From Rhynchopus sp. YZ270_cl-10 (taxonomy: Eukaryota): a stretch of DNA of 64,000 bases. Below the pieces are notes generated by a model, which was not told the origin of the DNA, did no database searches, and was given only the letters and a program-made list of their open reading frames with translations. The DNA is taken from contig OZ037836.1 of NCBI GenBank assembly GCA_964035575.1, positions 558,001 through 622,000 of the forward strand, given 5' to 3'. The position numbers and the translations under genes are program-made. Below are positions 11,430 through 23,087 of the stretch, one piece after another; the stretch's first letter is position 1; every line of letters begins with the position of its first letter.

Positions 11430-12935
11430 ATTGGGGTCCTGAGGGAAGAAAATTGTCGACTGGTTATCAGGCGATCAAAAACGTTGGAAAAATTATTTCG
11501 GTTTTTCTAATAAGACTGTGTAAGGAAAAAGAAATGAGGAAAGTAAAAGAATGTACATAGAACAAAACAAGGTGTTGGTGTGGGAGGGGGGGAAATAAAA
11601 GAAAAAAGTTTATAAGATGATCCTAAGCCTCTCGTGCTTAGTCACCTTGAAATAAAATGCTCGAGAAAATTCATTACTCTTTGCTTTGTTGCTCAAAAGA
11701 CTATAAAACGGGGGGGAAAAAATGGGGTTGTTGTTCGCTTCCACACTTATTTTTTCCAGTTTAAAATTTGACTTGATTGTAGTAAATAATTCACAAATTT
11801 ACTGTGTATTTGACTGAAGTACAGAAGTGATGCGGAGCGCAAGGGGAACGAGGCGGGGGAAACAAGCAGGGGGAGGAATGCAACGTTTCACAAGGGTTTT
11901 CTCGAGCATTTTTTTGTCAAAATACAGCAGGTTTACTTTAAAAAAAAACATACCGTATTCGTACAAACCATCGACTGTACTAATGTTCGACCTTTTTCAG
12001 GATTTTTCTGGAAGTTCGACCTTTTTTTACGATAATTTGTACGGCATATACGGCGGGTGAATGTGCCTTTCGTGCACATGCACATTTAAAAAACTTTTAA
12101 ATTATGTAGTTGCGTCGACAACCCGCCTAAAGTACCCACCATTGCATTGGGAGTACTAGGGGTCATTTATGCTCGCTTAGGTTTTCAGTACGGAGGACGA
12201 ATATTGCCACTCATGCATACGTCCCAATAAGCCTGAACTGAACTGAACTGAAAAAGCAAAACAAAACTAAACAAAAACAAAAAAGAGAACGTCAAAAAGC
12301 GCGCATCCTCATCGGCGGACGCATGCATAAAAAAAAAGTTGACTTGAAATACAAAGCCCTCTGGTGAACAGTGTACCTTGGTATATGACCGGGTACCGGG
12401 GGTGGACACCCTACCATGCAGTTGTCGTGCAATCCATTTCGTGGATTGCATCTGCTCAAAAAATGGTGGTTATTGAATGGCGACATGGCCTCTGACTGAC
12501 CCCACTACATGCGGACATTTAGGTTCATGAGAAATTCAGGGGAAATCACAAATTATTTCGCATCCACTTTGCCGTTTGGATAAAGAAAACAAAGACGAAA
12601 AGGGGTTTGGGGGGAAGAGTTTAATTCTTGAACGCATCCCCACACTCAGTCACACGTTTAAAAATTGCCCTGTTTGGCCAAATAACAAAAAATGTGGAAA
12701 AAAATCAAAACAAAAGGGGGGTGAAGATGAACTCGGCCACTTGAACCAAGATACAAAGCTGTCCTTAACGACAAAAAAAAGGGGGTGTTCTTTATTCATT
12801 GTTTTTTTTTGTGAAAACTTGGTTGTATTAGTGTACACCCGAGGGATGAACCCCACTAGTTTTTTTTTTTATTTTTGATATACGGGATGCGTCCAATGAA
12901 AATCACGTCGGGTAGAAGAGATCAAGACTGTAGGT

Positions 12936-13172
12936 TTTATTTCAATTAGTTGCTGTTGTCTTTTGTTCTTATCTGCTCAGAACAACCACCCATAGTACTA
13001 TACCCTGTGGAATCTCTGTTGGTCACTGCGAGGGGTGGCTTTTTCGCGAGGTTGAAGGAGTAGAACTGTGGCTCCCAGGGCTGGTGTAGGAGTCCTGCGG
13101 CCCAACCCCCCGCCTGCAGAAGCATAACACGCCACCCCCTCAGGATCATCCCGCCTCCTTCAACCGCTCTGT
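12936..13172 (-). pseudogene. Chimeric duplication: 3' end of the 13187..15541 gene joined to about 60 bp of the 19166..20506 LRR gene
   Basis: About 12940-13082 matches 13180-13322 (PWEPQFYSFNLAKK...KDNSN*). 13110-13171 matches 20185-20241 (ccgcctgcagaagc...ccttcaaccgctctg). Confidence 0.75.
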
Positions 13173-13186
13173 GTTTCTATTTTCAA

Positions 13187-15541
13187 TTAGTTGCTGTTGT
13201 CTTTTGTTCTTATCTGCTCAGTGTAACCACCCATAGTACTATACCCTGTGGACTCTCTGTTGGTCACTGCGAGGGGTGGCTTTTTCGCAAGGTTGAATGA
13301 GTAAAACTGTGGCTCCCAGGGGGCTGTGTAGGGGTCCTGCGGCTGGCAATGCCCGCTGGCACCTGCTCCACGGCTAAGAATCGCTTTCAAAGCCGCCACG
13401 ACGCCTTGCAGAACCTTCGGCAGATTCCGCTCAAGCAGCGACGTCAGCACCTCAACGGCTTGATTCTGCTCATCCAACTCAAGATGCACCAGGCTGCGCC
13501 TATACGCATCAACCTCTGTGCTTCCTTGCGTATCTACGTCGTACATCCACTCCTTGTTCACCCCAGCAGGCGTCTGGTACGGAGTGTACGCCCTCCCTCC
13601 CGTCACGGTAGGGAAGAACGGTGCCAATTCCAACAGCTTCCACCTCGATGCAACCCTTTTCGCATCGTTTGTGCACAGTGTATTGCATCCCAGGCCAGAG
13701 CAGAGGCTCAGCTGATACGCATCGTTCACAGCCGATCCGTACACCGTAAAGGTTTTTGTGACAGAGGTGCCCGCTATACCATAGTGTACTGGACCGGTTG
13801 CGAAGCCGGTTGCAATTACATTGGGGTTGGTCAACGCTATGACACGATTTTCAATTTCTGCTGCAAAAGCTACAATATAGGCGGAATGCTCTTTACAGGC
13901 ATAGGTCGTGTTGAAGGACACCGTTATGCTGTCAGCATTCATCGTGAACACACAGCGTAGGGTTTGCGAGCACTGCTCGACCACTTCTATCATGAGCGTA
14001 TAAGCTTCGGACATCTTCATATCTGTAATAGCGCCTGGGTTCAACCGCGAGACAAGAACAGAAGCGTTTCGAGCAGATACTCCGACCTCGATTCTGGTGG
14101 GCACCTGGTATTTTCTGCTCACAGCGTTCAGGGAGAGATTGTGTGATGGTTGGGGTTGGTCATGAGGCCGATCGGTGTCGCTTTCAGCAAAAACAGTCGT
14201 AGGAATGAAGGATTTGAATTCATAAAGGCTTTTCTCCATAATGCGAAAGGAAATCTCGAGCTGCGCGATTTCACGTAAAAAAGATGGTTTTGGTTGTTTT
14301 TCGTCTTTGTCGATATCCATTTCGGCGCATTTTTCTAACCTACCTACAAATCGTACTAAAGGCTGTGTCAACCAAAACGACAGAAGAAAGGCGGATACAA
14401 TAGAAATAATGACAACCGTAACAGACGCGGTGATGCTTGCTTCAAACCCTCTTTCGACCTCTCCGAATACGAAATCTCTCGGCATCGCGATGCACGCTGT
14501 GAAATGCAACCCATATTCATCTCGAATTGCAAATTTTGCGAACATAAATTCTGTTCCTTCCACCGAGAATTCGTCATCATCAGACAGAGACTCTGTAGAA
14601 CTGCATGAAGCTCGGACTACAGAATCGAGAGATTGACTGCATCGTAGGTCAGGGCGGGCCGCTACGAAGGCTTCTTTTGGTGCACCTACCCCGCCATGCG
14701 TTGCTCCTACCAAAAAAGAGTTTTCGTCAAGCAAAAAAATTCTGGTTTGTTCCATTAGTTCACCGTTTTTTTCGGTTTCGGGACGCACCTTATGTAACAA
14801 TGAATTTAACTGTAGCAGATCTACACCTTTATAGTCTAATCCAATAAATTCTCCGTTTTCCCCTCGAATCCATGTTGCAAAAATTCTGACGAGAGGTGCA
14901 GGCACTGCGACTCCCCAGGTGATGGCACCCCACATGGCTTCTTTTCCTGGAGGTGGGTCGAATGTCGGGAGGTAGTTGTTGTTCCGCCAAAGACGGATCA
15001 TGTTGATCGGAAGCGCGAAGACGCGATTTGAGGCAGGTTCTAACGCGAGCGAGGTGTTTGTGATGATCCATTGTTCCGAGAGGCAGCCTTCGCAGTTTTG
15101 GAAGAAGATTTTATATTCGCCGTTGGGAGAGCGGAATACCAGATGCCAGACGCCTTCGTTCTGTGCGGTGAAGGTGCCAGCATTGGTAATCTGCTTAAAA
15201 GAGTTGATCGACTGCAAATTAAACCATGCAGTCTCATTCAGGGTGCTGAAATTCATGGGCGCGCCGCCACTCTCTTTAGCATTTTGCCTTGCAAGACCTG
15301 CCCCGATAGCTGAAAGTTCGACAACATCTTTTAGCGCTCCAAGGACACTGTCATGTACCTGGACCTGGACCTGCCGCATTACCATAGAGCCTAATTGGTC
15401 AGCGGAAGTGACGCTGCAGCGCCACAGAACGCCCCCAGTCGTCATGCTTGCGGCGATCACAAAAAAGACGGAAATGAAAATCGCCAAAAATCGGACCGAA
15501 AACAACCACCGAAACGCCGCTGTGCAGACCATGGGGACCAT
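13187..15541 (-). CDS. Receptor-type adenylate/guanylate cyclase-like protein (TM, extracellular sensor, TM, HAMP, degenerate class III cyclase)
   Basis: 784-aa ORF with two hydrophobic segments. HAMP-like LTQPLVRF...REIAQLEISF. Cyclase-like GFATGPVHYGIAGT...TVYGSAVNDAYQL. Confidence 0.8.
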   Translation of the reverse strand: MVPMVCTAAFRWLFSVRFLAIFISVFFVIAASMTTGGVLWRCSVTSADQLGSMVMRQVQVQVHDSVLGALKDVVELSAIGAGLARQNAKESGGAPMNFSTLNETAWFNLQSINSFKQITNAGTFTAQNEGVWHLVFRSPNGEYKIFFQNCEGCLSEQWIITNTSLALEPASNRVFALPINMIRLWRNNNYLPTFDPPPGKEAMWGAITWGVAVPAPLVRIFATWIRGENGEFIGLDYKGVDLLQLNSLLHKVRPETEKNGELMEQTRIFLLDENSFLVGATHGGVGAPKEAFVAARPDLRCSQSLDSVVRASCSSTESLSDDDEFSVEGTEFMFAKFAIRDEYGLHFTACIAMPRDFVFGEVERGFEASITASVTVVIISIVSAFLLSFWLTQPLVRFVGRLEKCAEMDIDKDEKQPKPSFLREIAQLEISFRIMEKSLYEFKSFIPTTVFAESDTDRPHDQPQPSHNLSLNAVSRKYQVPTRIEVGVSARNASVLVSRLNPGAITDMKMSEAYTLMIEVVEQCSQTLRCVFTMNADSITVSFNTTYACKEHSAYIVAFAAEIENRVIALTNPNVIATGFATGPVHYGIAGTSVTKTFTVYGSAVNDAYQLSLCSGLGCNTLCTNDAKRVASRWKLLELAPFFPTVTGGRAYTPYQTPAGVNKEWMYDVDTQGSTEVDAYRRSLVHLELDEQNQAVEVLTSLLERNLPKVLQGVVAALKAILSRGAGASGHCQPQDPYTAPWEPQFYSFNLAKKPPLAVTNRESTGYSTMGGYTEQIRTKDNSN

Positions 15542-16494
15542 TTTGTTTTATCCTAGCCTGTTTTCCCCTTCCCTGTTGGGGGTGGTGTTTTTTGAGGTAA
15601 TTTTGAAAAGGTGAAGAGTTGAAGGAGTTGGGGGTTGCTGATACAGGCCCCTAGGAAGGGGGGGTACTGTCAGGCACATCTACCTTTTGCCTTCTGGGCA
15701 ACCCGGCGCTGGTATTCTCCCCTATCTCACAATCGCTGTGCTTGCTTGGGTTTCCTGGTGAAGAGCTTGCGGTGCCTGATCATACATGGCAGGGCGACAG
15801 GAAGCCGATGTGCAACAACAGTCCGCGCATTGGTTTGGGTTAGGACTGCATGTACGATTCCAGACATATGGAATTAAAGAATATTAAAGAAGGGTTCGTT
15901 GTTTGTGTTTGGGCGCCAAAAATGGCTCAAATAGAGGGGGGTAAAAAAATGGCGAATGACAAATTGGAGGTTTGAAAAGTTGGAACACTTCCTCACCCCC
16001 AGATCACACTCCTCTCGAAATAGTTCGAAATTGAACTGAGAAGAAGGAGTCAACCATATGTCCGTGAAAAAATCTTAATGTGCACACTCTGTTGATTCTA
16101 AAAGGGGGGTGGGGAAAAAATCGCGAATAGAAAAATGGGGGAGATATTGAAAAGTTGGAACGTTTCCTCACCCAGATCACACAAAAAAAGAACAAATCAA
16201 AGAAGATGTAGTTTAGCACTTTTTCCGCACCTATTCGCACTTTTTCTGCACTTTTTCAGCACTTTCCCGCACTTTATGCTCCCCCCCGTTCAGCCACACC
16301 AACAAATCAAAGAAGATCAAATTGTAGTTGTTGATTCAGACACCTCCGACTGACCCACGATGTCAGCCATCCGGATGAAAACACACCCGACAAGGCAAAG
16401 AAGACAAACATTTTACACAGCCCAAATCTTCATCTTTGTGATCAAGATCCCACAAAAACGTGGACCACATTACAAACCGATGCTACCCTCATCA

Positions 16495-16900
16495 ACATTA
16501 AACAAACATTTGCTAACTGATGTGTCCTTGGAGAAGGTGTGGGGAAAGAAACAACACAGCACATCTGCTCTCTTTTTCTACGGTGATCCAACATCAGAGG
16601 GGTAAAGCCCTCCTTACTGCCTTAGGGTTCAAAGGCACAAAAACGCTTCGAATGAAGAACAAGAAAGCATCAAATCTTAAAAAGTGCTGATCACGCTAAC
16701 GACACGTCCGTAACACTCTCCAGGGAGGGGGGTGACTACGGCACGCGCGACGTGCGTGTAAGGAAAATGATATGGGGTGTTGTGTGGGGATTCTTTTGTG
16801 GCGTAAAACGACATATTCTGTTTGTTTGTGTGGAGGGAAAGCAAGCACAACACGCAGCAGTTCTCTTTATCAGGTTCTGCTCAATACTTTTCTTGACAAA
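16495..16900 (-). repeat. Empty paralogous locus: 3' and 5' flanks of the 19166..20506 gene joined without the CDS
   Basis: 16500-16528 matches 19082-19110 and 16529-16812 matches about 20571-20852. A further partial 5'-flank copy lies at about 21566-21820. Confidence 0.8.
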
Positions 16901-17411
16901 AAATAAAGTTACCATATTTTCAGATGAACCAAAAGAAAGACAAAAGCTATGCACCAGCAGTATAGAAGAGGCAGAGTTGCTGGATAACAAAAAGACCCTG
17001 AAGGCACAAAAACGCCCCGCATACCCCTCCTCGCCTCCTGTTTGGTATACACATTTCCCATATCCCACCTGGCGTGAACAGTTCTGATATTTCTTAAAAC
17101 CTAGGTTAAAAAATCGCGAATGGGAAAGATGTCGGAGATGGTGATATGCTCACAGCTTGCTCACCCCCAGATCACACAGAACTATATCAACGTGCACTCT
17201 CTGTTGATGCTAAAGACGGGGGCAAAAATAGCGAATGGTAAATCGATGAAGAGGTTCAAAAGTTGGAACACTTCCTCACCCCCAGATCATACTCCTCTCG
17301 AAATTGTTCAAGATTGAACTGAGAGAAAGAAGAAACCCCAAACCCTCCCAGACCAAACGGTCTAACATGTTGCAACAATATGCCACAAGTGTCATGTCCC
17401 CGAAAACATTA

Positions 17412-19080
17412 CAGGGGGGGGGGCCGAATATAAGGGGCAGGCCAAATACAAAGGGCATGCCAAATACAAGGGGCACCCAGGGTTCGGGAAATTTTCGCGG
17501 GGTGCCCGCTAAATATAAGGGGCACCCCCTTTTGCTGTTCTGGGAACCCATTTTTGACTCTGCCCGCCAGTGTCAATCGTCAGTTGGGAAGAAAATAGGT
17601 GCAAAATTTGATGGGTAGTATCTGGATCCAGATTCCAGGTAATTCCAGAAAAATTCCAGGTATTCCAGATCTGGATTTTTTCTGGAATTAGGCTTTTTGC
17701 ACTGTTGGTGACTGTGTGTATTTACGTATGTACCACGAATTTGTCCATTTTGGCAAAGTGACCCCACTACTGGACGGACGGATTCCAAAAATGCAAATGC
17801 TGGTGTTTTTGGACCATGTATAATATTATTTCCCGGCCAAAAAACCCACACAAATTATAAAGTGGGACCCCCCCACTGTCAAGGACCTGTCAAGGGCCTG
17901 TCAAGGACATGTCAATCTTGCCCCCCTCCGGAACACCATGTGATGGAAATTCTAAAAAACCTTGTGTTTTTTAGTGTTTGCCATTGTCGCTGAAGCACTC
18001 ACTCCCTCTATCCCCGAGTTCTCTTCCTATTCAGTACACTGTGTAGAGAGAGCAACAAAAACCATGGGGAGGAAACCAAACGCAACGACCACGCAAGTGA
18101 AAAAGATTGCGGTGAAACAGGGGACAGAAAAGGAAGAGGGTAGACAGCAGCAGCAGTTCCAGCGGCAGCAGTGTCAGTGGCAGCGACAGCACCACCGAGT
18201 GTTTTGTCATCGTCCACACTTCCAGATCGGAATGTGCGTTTGTGTTGCGTGCAGATTTCTGCTTAAACCCACCTGGAATACACCTGGAATTACCTGGAAT
18301 TGACCTGGAATTACCTGGAATTAACCTGGAATTACCTGGAATTGACCTGGAATCACCTGGAATACCTGGAAAAAACCTGGAATTTCACGAAAAATCTGAG
18401 AAACCTGGAATCACCTGGAACTGGATCCAGATACTACCCATGTGTGTTACTTCAAAAAAACCCGCCTGCGGCGGGCAATTTCCTTACCCACTCGCTGCAC
18501 TTGCTATTTTCGTTTCATACGATACGAAGAGGGGAGTTCAAGAGAATAGACCTATCTGCTTTAGTGAGGAGATGTAGTGGCCTGGGGCTGGGGCTTTTGG
18601 TAAATTCACAGATAGTGGCAGATCCTTGTCTTTTACCAGTAGGTGTACAAAGACACACTCTTTCGGTTGCAAATGTAATGTGCGTACTGAGCAGCTTCAC
18701 TTCCTACACGTAGTTCGCGGATGCGCTTCGCGCGGGACCGCTCACTAACACCCGTACAACTGTCTGGTGCCCGTATGAACTGGCTTTTCAGGTCAAACAT
18801 GGCCTGAAAATGTGTACAAACCGAGTGAAAACGGGTAAAGCTGTGTGTTAGGGCCAAAAATGGGGGAAAATTTAAACACCTAAAAATTGGTCCATTTTTT
18901 CGAAATGACCCCACCACTTGCCGGACGGATTTCGGAAACGCCGAAAAATGAGGGTTCCGGCCTCGAGTCCTTACCCGCCTCCTGAAAAATCCACCCCGAG
19001 GGAGAGGGGATTTTGGCCCATTTTTACCGATTTGGCACGCCAAATATAAGGGGCGCCCCTTGTATTCGGCCCGCCCCCTG
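17412..19080. mobile_element. Tc1/mariner-type non-autonomous element
   Basis: TIR caggggg..ggccgaata(t/c)aagggg / ccccttgtattcggcccgccccctg with TA TSD. Empty site acattaaacaaacatttgc at about 16495. Confidence 0.85.
17613..18439. mobile_element. Nested MITE with (acctggaatt)n subterminal repeats
   Basis: TIR gggtagtatctggatccag / ctggatccagatactaccc, flanked by AT on both sides. Confidence 0.8.
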
Positions 19081-19165
19081 TAAACAAACATTTGCCAGCT
19101 GATGTGTCCTCACTAAACTGCCACCATGTCTGCTTTCGTTGACCGCAGCACAGCACATCTCATCG

Positions 19166-20506
19166 TCATTGTGCGGTTCTCTGCCGTTTGTGTGCTTGCT
19201 GGGGGGACTCGTCTCTGCTGCGTTTCGGACGTGCTTCAACCACAAGCTTGCTCAGATCGGACTCCACCACTGCGTCGGACACAGCACTGCTGCAGCCGGT
19301 AAGGTAGATACTCTTCAACGAAGTGCAGTTGTCCACAAATCCCGAACCAACAACCTTAACCCTGCTGAGTGGCGAGAGATCCAGAGTGGTTAAACCTGAG
19401 CAGCCGACGAGAAAGCATTCATCAATTTCTGTCAAGTTGCTGAGTGGTGAAAGCTCCAGAGTGGTTAAGCCTTTGCAGCCGGAGAGCAACTTGTAGGGAA
19501 TCATTGTCAAATTGCTGAGTGGTGAGAGGTCCAGAGTAGTCAAGCATTCGCATCCGCTGAGAAAGCTTTCACCCATTTCTGTCAAGTTGCTGACTGGTGA
19601 GACATCCAGGGTGGTTAAACCTTTGCAGCCGGCAAGAAATTTTGAACCCATTGCTGTCAGGTTGCTGAGTGGCGAGAGATCGAGAGTGGTTAGACCTGAG
19701 AAGATGAGAAAATGTTCGCCAATGTCCGTCACGTAGCTGAGTGGCGACAAATCTAGGGTGGTTAAACCTGAACAGTAGCCGAGAAAGTTGTCACCGATTT
19801 CTGTCAAATGGCTGAGTGGCGAGAGATCCAGAGTGGTTAAACCTGAGCAGCCGAAGACAAATTCGCTACCGATTGCTGTCAAATTGCAGAGTGGTGAAAG
19901 ATGTAGAGTGGCTAAGCCTGAGCAGCTGCAGAGAAAGTAGGCGCCAAGTTCCGTCAAGTTGCTGAGTGGCGACAAATCTAGGGTGGTTAAACCTGAACAG
20001 CCGTCGAGAAAGCTGCGACCAATGACCCTCACATTGCTCAACCCAGAGAGGTTGATGCTTGTCAACGACGTGCACTCGAACAGAAAGTCGTCTCCAATGT
20101 GTGTCACAATGGACACAGCACTGAGATCAAGTATCGTTACGGTGGCATCTGACAAGAAGTCATCAGGAATGGCAGTCGCAACCTCCGCCTGCAGAAGCAA
20201 ACACGCCACCTCAGGATCATCCGCCTCCTTCAACCGCTCTGCCGTGATGTCCGTCTCACCCAACGCATGAAGTGCTGCTATGGCTTCGTACTTCTGTGTT
20301 TTTGTGAGGATGATCGTGTCACCAGCACTCAGCTGCGTCATGTCGTATCCTTCTCCCATCGCTTCGCCATCGAAACTCATGCAAAAGCCGTCTTCAGGCA
20401 ACCCCACTGCAGACGCAACCTTCCGACGCATCACTGCAGCTGTGTCATCCTCACCCAGCTCCACCGTATCCTTCACTCCGTTCCACCCCTCGATAGTCAA
20501 ATCCAT
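19166..20506 (-). CDS. Ubiquitin-like + 25-aa LRR protein with a basic, NLS-like C-terminus
   Basis: Start MDLTIEG at 20506; the N-terminal domain is homologous to the other two UBL-LRR genes. Repeats FLxGCSGLTTLDLSPLSNLTxIG; ends RPKRSRDESPQQAHKRQRTAQ. Confidence 0.85.
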   Translation of the reverse strand: MDLTIEGWNGVKDTVELGEDDTAAVMRRKVASAVGLPEDGFCMSFDGEAMGEGYDMTQLSAGDTIILTKTQKYEAIAALHALGETDITAERLKEADDPEVACLLLQAEVATAIPDDFLSDATVTILDLSAVSIVTHIGDDFLFECTSLTSINLSGLSNVRVIGRSFLDGCSGLTTLDLSPLSNLTELGAYFLCSCSGLATLHLSPLCNLTAIGSEFVFGCSGLTTLDLSPLSHLTEIGDNFLGYCSGLTTLDLSPLSYVTDIGEHFLIFSGLTTLDLSPLSNLTAMGSKFLAGCKGLTTLDVSPVSNLTEMGESFLSGCECLTTLDLSPLSNLTMIPYKLLSGCKGLTTLELSPLSNLTEIDECFLVGCSGLTTLDLSPLSRVKVVGSGFVDNCTSLKSIYLTGCSSAVSDAVVESDLSKLVVEARPKRSRDESPQQAHKRQRTAQ

Positions 20507-23087
20507 TTTGTTTGCTTTTGTGTTTTCCCGCGGTTTTTCCCTTTGTTGTTGCACTACAGTAATGTTGATGTGGAGAAGGTGTGGGGAAAGAAACAACACA
20601 GCACATCTGCTCTCTTTTTCTACGGTGATCCAACATCAGAGGGGTAAAGCCCTCCTTACTGCCTTAGGGTTCAAAGGCACAAAAACGCTTCGAATGAAGA
20701 ACAAGAAATCATCAAATCTTAAAAAGTGCTGATCACGCTAGCGACACGTCCATAACACTCTCCAGGGAGGGGGGTGACTAAGGCACGCACGACTTGTGTG
20801 TAAGGAAAATGATATGGGGTGTTGTGTGGGGATTCTTTTGTGGCGTAAAACGATTAAATAAGATAAAAACGATTGAATAAGTTGAGAGGTAGGTGCGCTT
20901 CTTTGTTAAGATAGCGACTAAAAGAGAGGGGGAAACAAGCGGGGAGGGGGATACGCAGGACACGCGACTTTTCACGAGGGTCTCGAGCATGTTGTCAAAT
21001 ACTATGTGGTCACTGAAAGATAAAATACGTTTGTAGCAATACTAAAGTGAAGCTGCCTGGTCCAGATTCCAAATGACCTCATGCCACACGAATAAATTCT
21101 GCGCATATTTGCTAAGCTCGACGCTCAAAGTGAGTTGGTCTCTCCACAAGGTGAAAAAGCTATGAGTTATTACGGTCTTCTTCCAATTCTTGCAGCTTAG
21201 CCATGACCCGACTGACTCGCTGATGTTGTTCCCGCTGGGATTCGGCAATGCGGCTGGCAGCAAGCACAACCTGCACCCCTTCACCAAACGCAGTGTCCTG
21301 CAGACCGGCACGTCCCTCCAGCGCCTGCGTGCCGATGCGCATCTCGACAGACGCAAGCAAGACAGCAAACGCCGTTGCACGCAACCTCCTTTGCCGCCGC
21401 AACGTTCGCCTCGCACGGCACCTCCACTGTCGCAGTCACGCCTGACTCTTCCAGTACAAAGGTCGCATCATATTGTTAAGAGGTCTGTTGTGTTTGATGT
21501 GATGGTTGGTGGCGTCACTTCACAATGACAAATAATAACAGTATCCCCAAAAAAAACAAAAGACTAAACGCTTCGAATGAAGAACAAGAAAGCATCAAAT
21601 CTTAAAAAGTGCTGATCACGCTAACGACACGTCCGTAACACTCTCCAGGGAGGGGGCTGACTAAGGCACGCACGACGTGCGTGTAAGGAAAATGATATGG
21701 GGTTTTGTGTGGGATTTTTTTGGCGTAAAACGACCTATTCTGTTTTGTGTGGAGGGAAAGCAAGCACAACACGCAGCAGCAGTTTTCTTTAGGTTCTGCC
21801 CAACACCTTTCTTGACAAAACATAGAGCTGTTATGTGTAGATGCTTGGGAACAGTCGCGCCCCAGGATATAAGTCGCCATTGCTTCTGGAGGATGCAATG
21901 CTGAAGGAAGGATTGTAATTAGATTCTGTGACGCGTAAACCCGCAAACCGCGTAGCAGATTCGGTAAACCCGGAAACCCGTAAACCCTAACTTATTATTT
22001 CATATACAAAATGTACCATGTTTTATAAACGAAAAGTAGGCAAAGAGGGGGCGAAAAATGTACCCTTGCTTTTTTTTGAATGTTTTGCAAAACGTAGAAA
22101 AAGAAACGTAAATGCTTCATGCACAAATTGAAACTTCAGTAACCCTAAATTATTCCGAGACGTAGATTCGGTTGAGCGCAGCCCCGTGGAAGCAGCTCAA
22201 GAAGACGAGAGGTGGAGGTGATGGTGCAGGCAGAAGGGGGTTTTTGATAAATAAATATTTTTTTGTATACAACAGACGAAGCGGAACGCGTACGGTTGTA
22301 AGGAAATAATACAAGCCGAAATGTTTGGGTGTCTTCGGCTCGAATGATTGAAATTGTGTGTGTAGTTCAGACATAAATACTGGCTCTTCTATCTTGTTCT
22401 TTTACTCATTGTTTTCCTTTCATTGCGGGGATGCGTCCAATGAAAATCACTTCGTATAGAAGAGCTCAAGAATGTAGGTTTTATTATTTTTTGAATAGAT
22501 AAAAGCAATAAATTACTTTTTATTTAAAACAGGCAGAATGGGGGCGAAACTGGAGAAGGACCACACACGAGGCGGACCTCGACGTGGTGCGGAAGCCGAC
22601 CATGAAGGAGTCGAAGGGATTCGTCGCAGTGTGCGGATGGCGGCGAAGACACTGCTGCCACCTGGGGAGACGACGTTGCAGGCTGCATGCATTGTGCATT
22701 GCGGAGGGTTCGAAGGGGTGCAGTGGAAAGGGAAGTACACTTCTCGCTGCCGAAGGCGGAGCGGGAGGATCTGGGTGGAGGTGAATGTGCGGTGGTGTTC
22801 GGGGGTTGCGGACAGTAGTTTGGTGTCGTTACTGCAGTATTTTTTGCAGGATTGTGGCGCGTTTCCTTTTGAAACAAAAGGATATTTGAGGACATCTGTG
22901 AATTTTGAAGTAGTCAAAGCAAAAAGTAAAAATTATCTTTTTTTTTTTTTTTTTTGTTATTTTTTTGTTTTTGAAAACTTCGAGAAAAAAAAAATCACGT
23001 GTAACAACTAAATAGCAACCTCCACGCCAACCCTCCTCGAAAAAGAAAAGAACAAGCGGCCCATCCCTTTTTTTTTGCAAAAGGTAG

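Noticed and set aside
21935..21990. Telomere-like taaaccc motifs
   Set aside because: Only a few irregular copies; not an array.
21042..23011. GC-richer patches with short ORFs (also about 24900-25150 and 53800-54210)
   Set aside because: Possibly decayed gene fragments, but I recognise no motif that would support a call.
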